Shown one piece after another: positions 19,481-29,029 of a stretch of DNA of 64,000 bases (its first letter is position 1; the number at the start of each line of letters is the position of its first letter). The translations under genes and the position numbers were made by a program. Source of the DNA: a virus; IMG/VR virus record IMGVR_UViG_3300037111_000040, positions 32,001-96,000 of that record; one strand, 5' to 3'. The notes below the pieces were generated by a model. It was not told where the DNA came from, ran no database searches, and saw nothing but the letters and a program-made list of their open reading frames with translations.

Positions 19481-20080
19481 ATGAAACAAGGATTGATGAC
19501 CAAGATGCTTTGGGCCGGGATCGCGTTGCTGGCAATTTCGACAGTCGCCAGCGCGCAATCCGGCCTCGTTTTTTCGAGTGCCGCCGAGGCTACGGCTCTC
19601 GACTACCAGAAGTCATGGACAGCCGCCACGCATACAACAGAATCACTTGACCTGATCGATTGGGGAGTACAGAAAGGGAACAGCCTTTCAGTAGAAGGCC
19701 ACGAAATTACGGCGTCGCCATTCAACGCATACTTCGGAGGTGTTCGGTACTCGCCCGATCTCTCGGCGTTATTCGCGAAGACAAACCTGCCCGCAGATTC
19801 GTTCCAAATCTTCATCCAAGGAGCGGGCGGACTGGCGACATTCACAGCGAATAACCAAATCGCTTTACTCTTCGGCGGTGGAGCGTCCTATCGGATCACT
19901 CCGAATCTTCAGTGGTCCACGCTCGACATACACTTCATGCGTGTCGGATCGAATAACGCAATCGAGATGACGAGCGGGCTCGCGTACTATTTCAACCCGC
20001 AGGCAACGAAGAGCATGGCGCTTCGAAGGATGATTTTGCACAGGGCGATGATCAAGGCCGCGACAGCAGGGATAAAGTAG
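19481..20080 (+). CDS. Outer-membrane beta-barrel-like protein
   Basis: Signal peptide ('ASA|Q'); amphipathic strands 'FGGGASYRI', 'SGLAYYF'. Confidence 0.6.
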   Translation: MKQGLMTKMLWAGIALLAISTVASAQSGLVFSSAAEATALDYQKSWTAATHTTESLDLIDWGVQKGNSLSVEGHEITASPFNAYFGGVRYSPDLSALFAKTNLPADSFQIFIQGAGGLATFTANNQIALLFGGGASYRITPNLQWSTLDIHFMRVGSNNAIEMTSGLAYYFNPQATKSMALRRMILHRAMIKAATAGIK

Positions 20081-20087
20081 GTGTCGG

Positions 20088-20540
20088 ATGACTCTTCAGG
20101 ATCAGGTCGTAGGTGCTATCTGTGCATGGAAGGAAGCGCGCGGCGGTGGCGCGCAAGGGATGCATTCGATCCTGAACGTGCTCGTGAACCGCGCGGCCAA
20201 AGCGAAGAGCAGCGTCTACGAGGAGGCGTTGCGGCCTGAGCAGTTTTCGAGCATGACCACACCCGGCGATAAGGAACTTGGAATCGGCCCAAACGCGCTC
20301 AACGCTCCAGACTGGAGTGCCTTCATCACCTCCCTGTCGCTGGCCGCTGACATCTCCGCAGGGGTGCTTCCAGATATCACAGGTGGCAGCACCCTCTACT
20401 ACAACCCAAAAGGCATCCGGACGACGGCAACCTTCACACTTCCAAGTGGCACCGTGGTGCCGTTCCCGGAGGGCTGGAATCCTGCGGTCGTGACTTACCG
20501 GTGCGAGATCGCTGGGCAGTTATTTTTCACGGAGAAGTAG
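20088..20540 (+). CDS. Cell wall hydrolase, SleB/Hydrolase_2 family (endolysin)
   Basis: 'WKEARG', 'V..NR', 'QFSSM', 'DITGGSTLYYNP', 'IAGQLFF'. Confidence 0.85.
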   Translation: MTLQDQVVGAICAWKEARGGGAQGMHSILNVLVNRAAKAKSSVYEEALRPEQFSSMTTPGDKELGIGPNALNAPDWSAFITSLSLAADISAGVLPDITGGSTLYYNPKGIRTTATFTLPSGTVVPFPEGWNPAVVTYRCEIAGQLFFTEK

Positions 20541-20541
20541 G

Positions 20542-20721
20542 ATGCCAACCGAGACGTTCAAGAGCGAGGAAGCCTACCGCGAGAGCCGCGCGTACACGCA
20601 CATCCACGGCATTCCCACGCACGCCGAAAAGGTTTGCATCAAAGGCAAAGGATGCCACAAGGTTCAGCACGGCAAGAAGCGCAAGAAAGCGCAGAAGAAG
20701 AGAGTATCGCGAAAGCGCTGA
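20542..20721 (+). CDS. Small basic protein (MPTETFKS...KKRVSRKR)
   Basis: GGAG RBS; 59 aa; hand-translated. Confidence 0.7.
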   Translation: MPTETFKSEEAYRESRAYTHIHGIPTHAEKVCIKGKGCHKVQHGKKRKKAQKKRVSRKR

Positions 20722-20727
20722 TTTTCA

Positions 20728-20756
20728 GTGACAGCGGCTCTCGATTGCGGTATAAA
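20728..20756 (+). promoter_or_regulatory. Sigma70-like promoter
   Basis: GTGACA-17 bp-TATAAA. Confidence 0.5.
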
Positions 20757-20857
20757 CAGCAGTGAGCAACGTGCCTTCCCGATCCCATCCTGACCGGCTC
20801 GGGAAACAAGCGGCGGCTCCGACGTAAAAGTCGGGGCCGTTTTTGTTTGGAGGAACA

Positions 20858-21511
20858 TTGGCGTTTCCGTATTCAAAGCGTCGCTTCAAGGGAACCTGCC
20901 TCGCCTGTGGGAAGCCGCGCCGTGGCGAAAAATACTGCTCCAGGAGTTGCGCTGCACCCTTTAAGACTCACCATCCGAGGCCGAAGGTTTGGCTTGTGTG
21001 CTACGTGTGCGGGGTCGATTTTGAATGCTACAAATCAGTATCGAAAGATCGTCGCTACTGCACGAGAAAGTGTTCACGGGTCGCGGTCGGAATGATGCTA
21101 TCGAAAGATAACAATCCGAACTGGAAGGGCGGAATTTCTGATCGCGAGTGGAAGAGCAGGACCGCAATCGCTCGCGTGAAGCGCAAGAGAAAAGCCTGCG
21201 AAAGATGTGGATCGACCGCGAATCTTCAGGGACATCATAGGCTTCCATACGCCGATTTCCCAGAAAAGCGAGACGCTGAGGAAAACATAGAAATCATCTG
21301 CGCCGATTGCCACGCGAAAGAGCACCCACATCTTGCAGGAATGATCATGATTCCTCGCCAGAGATCGGGAGTTTACCTCGAATGCAGATTTTGTAAAGCT
21401 AAGTTTTATCGTCCAAAATGTCACGCTTCAGGATCGAAATTCTGTTCCAGAAAATGCCAGTACGATTCATGGCGCGGAAAGAAGTGGGAGGAGATTCGAT
21501 ATGCCGCATAA
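20858..21511 (+). CDS. HNH endonuclease with repeated Zn-finger (CxxC...CSxxC) modules
   Basis: 'NPNWKGG', 'CERCG...HH...N...C.DCH..EH'; TTG start after GGAGG. Confidence 0.85.
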   Translation: MAFPYSKRRFKGTCLACGKPRRGEKYCSRSCAAPFKTHHPRPKVWLVCYVCGVDFECYKSVSKDRRYCTRKCSRVAVGMMLSKDNNPNWKGGISDREWKSRTAIARVKRKRKACERCGSTANLQGHHRLPYADFPEKRDAEENIEIICADCHAKEHPHLAGMIMIPRQRSGVYLECRFCKAKFYRPKCHASGSKFCSRKCQYDSWRGKKWEEIRYAA

Positions 21512-21767
21512 GAAGAAGCACGCGAAGAAGTCAAAGAAGTGGATTCAGGGCGCGGTTAAGCACAAAGGGAGCTTGACCAAAGCCGCAGAGGCTCACGGAA
21601 AATCTACCACTGCGGAAGCTGAATCCGAAGCATCCTCGCCCGACAAGAGCAAGTCCGCGCGTGGTCGTCTGGCGCTGCGGTTCATGGGGAAGGCGAAGCA
21701 CGGCAACATCAAGAAGGCCAAGGGCCGCAAAAAGCACCACGGCAAGCGCATCGCTTCGAAGGCGTAA
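21501..21767 (+). CDS. Small basic protein (MPHKKKHAKK...GKRIASKA)
   Basis: GGAGG RBS; K-rich; 'KWIQGAVKHKGSL...RGRLA'. Confidence 0.8.
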   Translation: MPHKKKHAKKSKKWIQGAVKHKGSLTKAAEAHGKSTTAEAESEASSPDKSKSARGRLALRFMGKAKHGNIKKAKGRKKHHGKRIASKA

Positions 21768-21770
21768 ACG

Positions 21771-21896
21771 ATGGGGAGCGAAGTCGGGGCGACAAACTTG
21801 GAATCGGTGAAAAAAGCGTCGGCCTGCTGCGCTCCGAAGCTCTCAGGCAAAAAGAAAGGCAAGGGGACACGCAGGAAAATCGTGACGAAGAGGTGA
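21771..21896 (+). CDS. Small basic protein (MGSEVGA...RRKIVTKR)
   Basis: Fills the gap between two basic ORFs; 41 aa; hand-translated. Confidence 0.6.
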   Translation: MGSEVGATNLESVKKASACCAPKLSGKKKGKGTRRKIVTKR

Positions 21897-21900
21897 TGTG

Positions 21901-22206
21901 ATGGCGAAGAAGCGGAAGAAGAGCAAAAAGTCAGCAGAGAACACGGCGTGTGCAGCGCCCATGTCGTCTCCGGACCGGAGCGCCAATGCTGGGATCGAAG
22001 AGGCCGAGAATGGCTTCATCGTCCGCGTGAGCAGCGAGGGCCTTGGAAAGGGCAAGAAGCACCAATACACGAGCAAGAAATTTGTCGCCACAGATCACCC
22101 GACTGCGCTGCGAATCGCCTCTCAGGGCTTCGCTGGCCTCGCGAAAAAAGTCAGCGGAAAGGGCAAGAAGGGCGGCAAGAAAAAAGTCTCAGTGAAGAAA
22201 ATGTAA
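21901..22206 (+). CDS. Small basic protein (MAKKRKKS...KKKVSVKKM)
   Basis: GAGGTG RBS; 'IEEAENGFIV' core with K-rich ends. Confidence 0.75.
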   Translation: MAKKRKKSKKSAENTACAAPMSSPDRSANAGIEEAENGFIVRVSSEGLGKGKKHQYTSKKFVATDHPTALRIASQGFAGLAKKVSGKGKKGGKKKVSVKKM

Positions 22207-22224
22207 TGAAGCCCGCGAGGGGAA

Positions 22225-23553
22225 ATGGCAGGAACGTACCAATGGCTGAGCCTAACGACCGCTATCTCACAACTGGGGCAGAGGCTGAATATCTCTCCGT
22301 CTTCAACGTCGACGTGGACAACTGCCGAGTTGATCGTTTACCTCCAGCAAAGCCTTCGGCAGTTCAATGTGTTGAGCTACATGTGGAGACAGGATTTCAC
22401 CTACAGCGACCCGACCAATGTCTGGAACTCGTTGGGGCAACTGGCAAACTCTCCTCGCCTCCGCACGATCACCGATGTCTACTGCTACACCGAGCTTGAG
22501 TACATGCTATTCGAGCCGCCAACGGGTGGGACGTGGACGGGCACAAATCAGTTCTCAATCGCGACAGTATCGCAAGCTCTTCAGACTCGCCGGGACGAGA
22601 TGCTTCAGGTCAGCAATGCTAACCAGTCGCTGCTCTCTGGCATTGCGCTGACGCCGGGTACGACCAGAACACAACTTCCGGATACCGTCATCGACGTGGA
22701 GAGGGTGCGCTACCTTCCAACTGGAGGCACGCCCAACACACTGTACCGTGACGACACGGTAGCGCAGGAATTCTACGAGGCTCCTCTTTACCAACTGGCA
22801 CCGGGAACGCCACAGACGTTCAGTCTGTCCTCCGAACCGCCGCTCACTTGGGATGTGGATGTAGCTCCGGATAATGCCGGAACCTACGAAGCCGTGGTCC
22901 TGCAATCTGGAGCAGCGTTCAATCCGCCCGCAGCGACCCCCATTGGCATCCCCAACGACTTCGCGTGGGTATTGGAGTGGGGAGCCCTAGCGGACCTTTT
23001 GGGGCACGAATCTGAGGCCACAGACAGGGAACGAGCCGACTATGCCTTGAAGCGCTACCAAGACGGGCTCCAATTGCTTTTGAAGACGCCATGGATCGAA
23101 CTCGGAAAGGTGAACGGAGAAGCGGTGACAATCGACTCAATCGTATCGATGGACCGTTATTCTGCGGAGTGGGATTCGAATCCGACTGGATTCGGACCCG
23201 TGATCGTCTCGGGTGGCGTGGATTTCATCGCCGCTCCGCAGGGATCGGGAATCGGCGTCACCGTCCTCGCAAACGCGCCGTACCTCGACTCGACAAATAC
23301 CTACGTGCAGGTATCGAGGTCGGACTGGGATACGGTGCTCGATCTTGCTCAGAGCCGGTGCCTATTTAAGCTCGGGGGCGGCGAGTGGAAGGCGGGTCTG
23401 GAGCTTGAACTGAGGGCGATTCAGGCGTGCGCCGCCGAGAACTCAAGGCTCCAGAGTATGGGAGCCTTCAGCGACATTCTCGTGGAGCGCGCTCAGACAC
23501 AGGAACGTGACATGAACAGATACAACTCCGCTAACAAGAAGAATACCCGGTAA
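22225..23553 (+). CDS. Tail/adaptor virion protein
   Basis: Adaptor-like repeats ('WTTAELIVYL', 'LPDTVIDVERV'); position. Confidence 0.55.
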   Translation: MAGTYQWLSLTTAISQLGQRLNISPSSTSTWTTAELIVYLQQSLRQFNVLSYMWRQDFTYSDPTNVWNSLGQLANSPRLRTITDVYCYTELEYMLFEPPTGGTWTGTNQFSIATVSQALQTRRDEMLQVSNANQSLLSGIALTPGTTRTQLPDTVIDVERVRYLPTGGTPNTLYRDDTVAQEFYEAPLYQLAPGTPQTFSLSSEPPLTWDVDVAPDNAGTYEAVVLQSGAAFNPPAATPIGIPNDFAWVLEWGALADLLGHESEATDRERADYALKRYQDGLQLLLKTPWIELGKVNGEAVTIDSIVSMDRYSAEWDSNPTGFGPVIVSGGVDFIAAPQGSGIGVTVLANAPYLDSTNTYVQVSRSDWDTVLDLAQSRCLFKLGGGEWKAGLELELRAIQACAAENSRLQSMGAFSDILVERAQTQERDMNRYNSANKKNTR

Positions 23554-23555
23554 CT

Positions 23556-26500
23556 ATGGCGATCCGCTTCAGAGGTTTCGATCTCGTTCACCCCATCAAC
23601 CGCCTCGCGGCTGGCTTCGCGACGCTGGCTACGAACGTTCGTGCCTACATCAACGGCGGATTCACGTTGCGCAATCCGCTCACGACTCCAATTGGTCCAG
23701 CGAGCCTTGGTTCGGAATCGGTGAGCACCGGAACGGTGTCGCAAACTGGCGGTGGAACGGCATGGACGAATCCATCTGACATCTTCTCGACGAGCGCCAC
23801 ATCCGCGCAGGTAAGCATCGCTCCGGGCGCAAGTTCGCAGACCTTAAACATTTCGGCGTTGGGGTTTGCGATACCGGCTACTGCGACGGTTACCGGCGTT
23901 GAGTTCTTGTTCTACAGCGGCTCCGGTTCTCTCCAGACAGCAAATGCAACGCTTCAGCCGACAGCAAATGGCATCGCCGCTGGACCTTCGGTCCCGACTA
24001 CTCTTGGTGGAACGATAGGCTACCCGGTTCTATGTGGAGGGATGGGTAACCTTCTCGGCTTCGCGTGGACACCTACGAACGTCAATGGAGCAACTGGAAT
24101 TGGTTTTCAAATCACTTGCGCCGTGGCTGGAGGCGGTCACTTTTTCGCTAACATAAGTCTTAATGCACTCGTCGTCACGGTCTACTACACGACCCAGATT
24201 CCCATCGCCCTTCCAGATGCTCCCTATACCATTCGTCGTCTGAACGACTCAACGCCTAATGGACCGTCTTCCGGTTATGCTCTGGTGATCGGCGCGGGTG
24301 GGAAGATGTACGTCAACAACACAGAGGTCGCCTCCGGACTCTCCGGAAACCCTGTGTCGCTGGTCCCGTTCCGCCCGAACGCTTCCGTTCAGCCGTGGAT
24401 GTACGTTGGAGATTCGGCACCGCAGGGAGACGTAACGATCACGGCATCCGGGTTCGTCTGCTCGGGGATGTTGAAGATTCGATCTGACGGTCTGACTTAC
24501 AAGATGGGCATCAAGGAGCCACAACTTGCGCCCGTAGTCTCGACTTCTTCGGGGACAGTGACCACGACAGGTACTCTGCTCGCCACGGATATCCCGTGGA
24601 CAAACTACCTCGGCCAAAATCCATCCTTCAACTACGGCGAATCGCACGGTCCGCCCGACCCGACGCCAGACGGGACGCCACCGTTCATCATCGAAGTTCT
24701 AAACGCATCGACGGTCACGGTCACATCGTTGACCGGCACAGCAACAATCAATGGCGGTTTGAAGGTCCCTACTGATGCTGGTCCGGCTCCGGGACCAACA
24801 AACCCCGGTGGCTACGTGCAGGTTGGCGGAGTCGTTCCGGGCTCAGTGTCGGTGGTCGTCGGCGCGTTCACGGACGGCGCTGGCAACGTTCTTCCACTTG
24901 GCCTCGCTCCGCTCTACATCACTTCGGTGGTCGACGTGGGCGGCAACATCGGCGTTGCGATCCCAGTTCCCTTCGGGGCGGAGCAGTTTCAAATCGGCAT
25001 CAACTCGACAGGCAACACGTTCTCCTCTAACTCTGGATCATTCGCACTCGTGGCTACAGTCACAACGAATGCACTGCCCACGACCACGGCTCTTCTTGGG
25101 AACCTGTCGCTCAGTTATTTTGACGACTCCCCGACGAGCGGAGGCGTCGCGGTGTATCTCTGGAGGAATCCGGATGATCCTTCGGGCTCCGGCCCATCGC
25201 ACTCGATCAGCAATGCTGTCGGAACCACGACAGGCAATTCGCTCATCTTCGACGCCAACTTCGGTTCGCAGGCGGTCCCCGCTCAACCGACAGGCATTCC
25301 CGGACCTCCAAGCCTCGATGAATACTCGACCGCTCCATCTGTCATTACCGTGCCGATGCAGTGGTTCGATATTTCTCCGGAAAGTGTTGTACTCGGAAGC
25401 GCTCCTGTATTCCCGGCACCGCTGACAAAGACTTATCCAACCAACACGAGCTTCGACAACTTCAATTTCTGTCTGACAGGAAATATCTACTTTCCATCGG
25501 CAGGAAACTACACCTTTGTCCTCACGTACAAAGACGACATCATCTGGGGAATCGGAGGGGGCGTAACTTTGTTCTCTGCGTCTGGAGAAAGCTTTCAGTA
25601 CGCATCCGGGAACCCGCCGACACTCTCATCGACCACCTCTCGGTCCACTACGCTATCTGAAGCCGGACAGTCGATCACAGTGGTGAGCGGTTTGCCGCTT
25701 CTTCCGCGCGTCACAGCGCTGTTCTCGGGCCATGGGCTTGGAGGAGTGGAGTCGCAGGCTACGGTCGTAGTAAGCGTCCCAAATGCTGGCGTATATCCAA
25801 TCGAGGTCGATTACGACTTCTGGTACCACTCAGGACGCATTCTTCTCATCAATGTCTCAGCTACCGCTGGTGGAGCGCCGACACTTGTTCCGCCGCTCCC
25901 AGCCAGTGTTCGTCAGGAAACACAGTACCGCTATGTCTATCGCTCCTCGACGACTGGGGCATTGTCTAATCCCTCTCCAGAATCCGCGCCAGAGACGGTA
26001 CCGGTCACGGCGAACACTGTCACTTCGTACTGGTCCAACGATCCGCAAGTCGATGTGGTGGATTACTATCGCGTCGACTCTACTACGGCAAATTTTACCT
26101 ATGTGGCGACCGGGCCAAACGACGACTTAGGTGGTGGTGGAACGAACACCCCGATCACCGACTCGCTTACCGATACAGAATTGGGCACCCAGCTTTTGGA
26201 GTACGACAACTTTGAACCATTCCCATCGATTGATCTTCCGCAGAAGGGAACTTGCAGCGTCTCAGGTGGAGTGATCACTTGGGTTTCAGGTGGCGCGATA
26301 GGAGGTTCGGCAACTGGATTCAACATCCGTTGGCTCGGAGGAACGGTGATCCTGATTGGTTCACCGACATCTCTCCCGTACATCTTCATCGCGCGTCCAA
26401 CGTCCACGACGACGATAGAAATACCCAATGTCCCGGATGGAACGAATCTCGTGTATGAGATTCCGGAACCTATTCTGGCAGCGCAGCCGATGCCTTACAT

Positions 26501-28871
26501 TGCCGGTCCTACCGACAACATTCCGTTCGCTTGCGGGGTTGGTGATCCGTTACGCCCAGCAACCTACTACTGGTCGAAAGGCAACAATCTTGATTCGGCT
26601 CCTGACACTAACCAGCAGGACATCACCGATCCATCGGAGACTCTCATCAACCTCGTGATGACGACTGGAAAAGTGCTCTTGGGTTCGATCAAGAGGTTCT
26701 GGAACATCGTTCCCAACTTCTTCAATGCACTCGCCACGGCCACTGGCACTTCAGGATCGACTTGGAGCACACGCCTCACGCCGATTGATCGTGGTCTGTT
26801 CATGCCGCGTTGTGTGGCCGTTTCAGGTGGAGGAAACGTGTTCTTCCGCGTCGATGACGGAGTCCACGTGTCGGTTGCTGGCTTGTCATCGAAGTCGATC
26901 ACAGATGAGACTCTCTATCCTCTCTTCTCGCATGAAGGTTCTATCCCAACTCCAGTCACAAGAAATGGCGTGATCATCTATCCTCCGGACGACACCCATC
27001 CACAATTCCAGCAATTCACCTACCAGAATGGGTATCTCTACTACGACTACGGCTACAACTTCAGCGGAACGATAGTTACGAATGTCAGCTTTGTTCCAGA
27101 GAATGCCGCGAGCGCTGGGAGCGGCATAGCGTGGTTGAACCCACCGGGCGCTCTGCTGTCTGGAACGCCAGTATCCGCTACGATCACGAGTTGGTCGGTA
27201 AGCGGCGGCGTAATGACATTCATATCCGATAACGATTTTGTGGCTGGAGAAGCGGTTAATTTTGCGGACATGGTGGCTGGTTCATTTCTTAACGGAATTC
27301 CGCTGGTTGTAATATCTTCTGGTTTGAGTTCAACGCAGTTTTCGGCGGTCTTCCCCTATCCAGACACGGGAGCGACGGCTGATTCCGGAAACGCCACTCC
27401 AGCCATCCCTAACTATGCGTCTCTTTCGATTCCGAATCCTCCGTTTACTCCTGACGCTGGAGAATATGTAGCTTATTCTCTTCCAACCGCTGCACTACCT
27501 CCAAACAGCGGATTCACTACGTTCGCCGGAGCAAAGGCTGGAATCGCGTCGGCAAGCTGGATTGCAGGCGGAGCCTGTGGCACGGCTAATACCGGAACTC
27601 CAGACACTCCATTCCTCACCGACGTGGACTGTGGATGGAGCGGTTTCACGGTTCCCACTCTCCCCGTGGGTGCTGTCATCACCAGAATCTATCCTGTGGC
27701 AGTCATGGCGAATTTTGAAACAGCCAGCGGTTTTTATTTTGTTCTATCGGGTGGTGTTGGTGTCACAGAGGTGTGGAGCGAGTATGTTACAGCGGACGGC
27801 CAATATAGTGCTCCCTCACCAGCAGATTCATTGGGAAGTTTGGCTGCCGATATCACTGGAGCTTACCTCAATCTAAACCTCACGGCTCGAACTGGACCAT
27901 GGCCGGGTCGAGTTGATGTCTCTTCCGTCGCACTTGCCGTCTACTACACGGTTTCAAGCGGTGCTCTGCCATCGAATCAATCACAGACCTTAGAACTCAC
28001 AGGAACCGGGTTGTCGATTCCTCCGGGGGCTGTGGTAACTGGTATCGAGATCGATTTCGAAAGCGGATTGGTTTTCGGTGGCGCAAGCGACGAGACCATT
28101 CAACTGACAGTAAGTGGAACTCCAGTCGGAAATGTTAAGGCAATCAATCCGGGATCGTGGCCTTTGCCGTACACCCTCGGCGGAAACGGCGATCTATGGG
28201 GACAGGGAGGAATGTCGGGCACACAGGCCAACAACTTGGGAGCGAACTTCGCTTCAGGTCTGAATCTAGGATCACAGTTGAATCTTAATGAAGTGTCTCT
28301 GACTGTTTTCTACGAGGCTTCCGTTGAGGAAACAGGGAACGCTACCTTGGTATTTGACACCGCCGCTGAGGGATGGATTCTGGATAAATACATCGGCCCA
28401 ATTCCAACTATACACGCGGCAGACGAAGGTGAAAGCCAGCAGGGAATCCTTGTCGGTTGCTCGGACGGCACAGTACGCCTCATGTCTTCCTCCGGAACCG
28501 AAACCGTAACTGGAACGGTTCTCACCCCCGCTTTCGGCGGCGTCGGATGGCAGAATATGTACGAAGCGACGGTCGAGTACACTTCAAATCAGGCGGTGAC
28601 ACTGACGTTCATCGTTGCCGATGAAGGCAACGGAAGTTATGGACCTCCGCCAATCACACTCCCGGCGACGACGGAGGAACCTACGAAGTACACCTTCAAG
28701 GTTGGTGCGAACAAGTACAAGCTCCTGCAGATGCAGTTCCAGTCCACGGACCCCGCTTTGGCGGTGTACCTTGACGGCTGTATCTTGAACGTCCATGACT
28801 GGGGCTCCTCGGCACCATACCGCCCGGTTAATCCGTTCACACCTTCCGGAGGCACAGGGGGTCAAGCATGA
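23556..28871 (+). CDS. Large tail (nozzle/stabilisation-like) protein with inserted beta domains
   Basis: 1771 aa G/S/T-rich; 'YRYVYRSS..GA.SNPSP' and propeller-like 'YYWSKGNN.DS' segments; PA14-like insert. Confidence 0.6.
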   Translation: MAIRFRGFDLVHPINRLAAGFATLATNVRAYINGGFTLRNPLTTPIGPASLGSESVSTGTVSQTGGGTAWTNPSDIFSTSATSAQVSIAPGASSQTLNISALGFAIPATATVTGVEFLFYSGSGSLQTANATLQPTANGIAAGPSVPTTLGGTIGYPVLCGGMGNLLGFAWTPTNVNGATGIGFQITCAVAGGGHFFANISLNALVVTVYYTTQIPIALPDAPYTIRRLNDSTPNGPSSGYALVIGAGGKMYVNNTEVASGLSGNPVSLVPFRPNASVQPWMYVGDSAPQGDVTITASGFVCSGMLKIRSDGLTYKMGIKEPQLAPVVSTSSGTVTTTGTLLATDIPWTNYLGQNPSFNYGESHGPPDPTPDGTPPFIIEVLNASTVTVTSLTGTATINGGLKVPTDAGPAPGPTNPGGYVQVGGVVPGSVSVVVGAFTDGAGNVLPLGLAPLYITSVVDVGGNIGVAIPVPFGAEQFQIGINSTGNTFSSNSGSFALVATVTTNALPTTTALLGNLSLSYFDDSPTSGGVAVYLWRNPDDPSGSGPSHSISNAVGTTTGNSLIFDANFGSQAVPAQPTGIPGPPSLDEYSTAPSVITVPMQWFDISPESVVLGSAPVFPAPLTKTYPTNTSFDNFNFCLTGNIYFPSAGNYTFVLTYKDDIIWGIGGGVTLFSASGESFQYASGNPPTLSSTTSRSTTLSEAGQSITVVSGLPLLPRVTALFSGHGLGGVESQATVVVSVPNAGVYPIEVDYDFWYHSGRILLINVSATAGGAPTLVPPLPASVRQETQYRYVYRSSTTGALSNPSPESAPETVPVTANTVTSYWSNDPQVDVVDYYRVDSTTANFTYVATGPNDDLGGGGTNTPITDSLTDTELGTQLLEYDNFEPFPSIDLPQKGTCSVSGGVITWVSGGAIGGSATGFNIRWLGGTVILIGSPTSLPYIFIARPTSTTTIEIPNVPDGTNLVYEIPEPILAAQPMPYIAGPTDNIPFACGVGDPLRPATYYWSKGNNLDSAPDTNQQDITDPSETLINLVMTTGKVLLGSIKRFWNIVPNFFNALATATGTSGSTWSTRLTPIDRGLFMPRCVAVSGGGNVFFRVDDGVHVSVAGLSSKSITDETLYPLFSHEGSIPTPVTRNGVIIYPPDDTHPQFQQFTYQNGYLYYDYGYNFSGTIVTNVSFVPENAASAGSGIAWLNPPGALLSGTPVSATITSWSVSGGVMTFISDNDFVAGEAVNFADMVAGSFLNGIPLVVISSGLSSTQFSAVFPYPDTGATADSGNATPAIPNYASLSIPNPPFTPDAGEYVAYSLPTAALPPNSGFTTFAGAKAGIASASWIAGGACGTANTGTPDTPFLTDVDCGWSGFTVPTLPVGAVITRIYPVAVMANFETASGFYFVLSGGVGVTEVWSEYVTADGQYSAPSPADSLGSLAADITGAYLNLNLTARTGPWPGRVDVSSVALAVYYTVSSGALPSNQSQTLELTGTGLSIPPGAVVTGIEIDFESGLVFGGASDETIQLTVSGTPVGNVKAINPGSWPLPYTLGGNGDLWGQGGMSGTQANNLGANFASGLNLGSQLNLNEVSLTVFYEASVEETGNATLVFDTAAEGWILDKYIGPIPTIHAADEGESQQGILVGCSDGTVRLMSSSGTETVTGTVLTPAFGGVGWQNMYEATVEYTSNQAVTLTFIVADEGNGSYGPPPITLPATTEEPTKYTFKVGANKYKLLQMQFQSTDPALAVYLDGCILNVHDWGSSAPYRPVNPFTPSGGTGGQA

Positions 28872-29029
28872 AATTCGGAAGCATAACATCTCGACGCTGT
28901 CGTAGGTGCGGAGCCGTTAGCAATGCACAGTTGCCTGATACTGATACCCATCGCAACCTAAACACGCATCGGCTGTGTGACAAATGCACGAAGTGGCAAA
29001 AAGTAAATCAGAAGAGGGCTGTTAAATGA
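28868..29029 (+). CDS. Small Zn-ribbon protein
   Basis: ATGA overlaps at both ends; CRRC...CDKC; 53 aa; hand-translated. Confidence 0.5.
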   Translation: MKFGSITSRRCRRCGAVSNAQLPDTDTHRNLNTHRLCDKCTKWQKVNQKRAVK

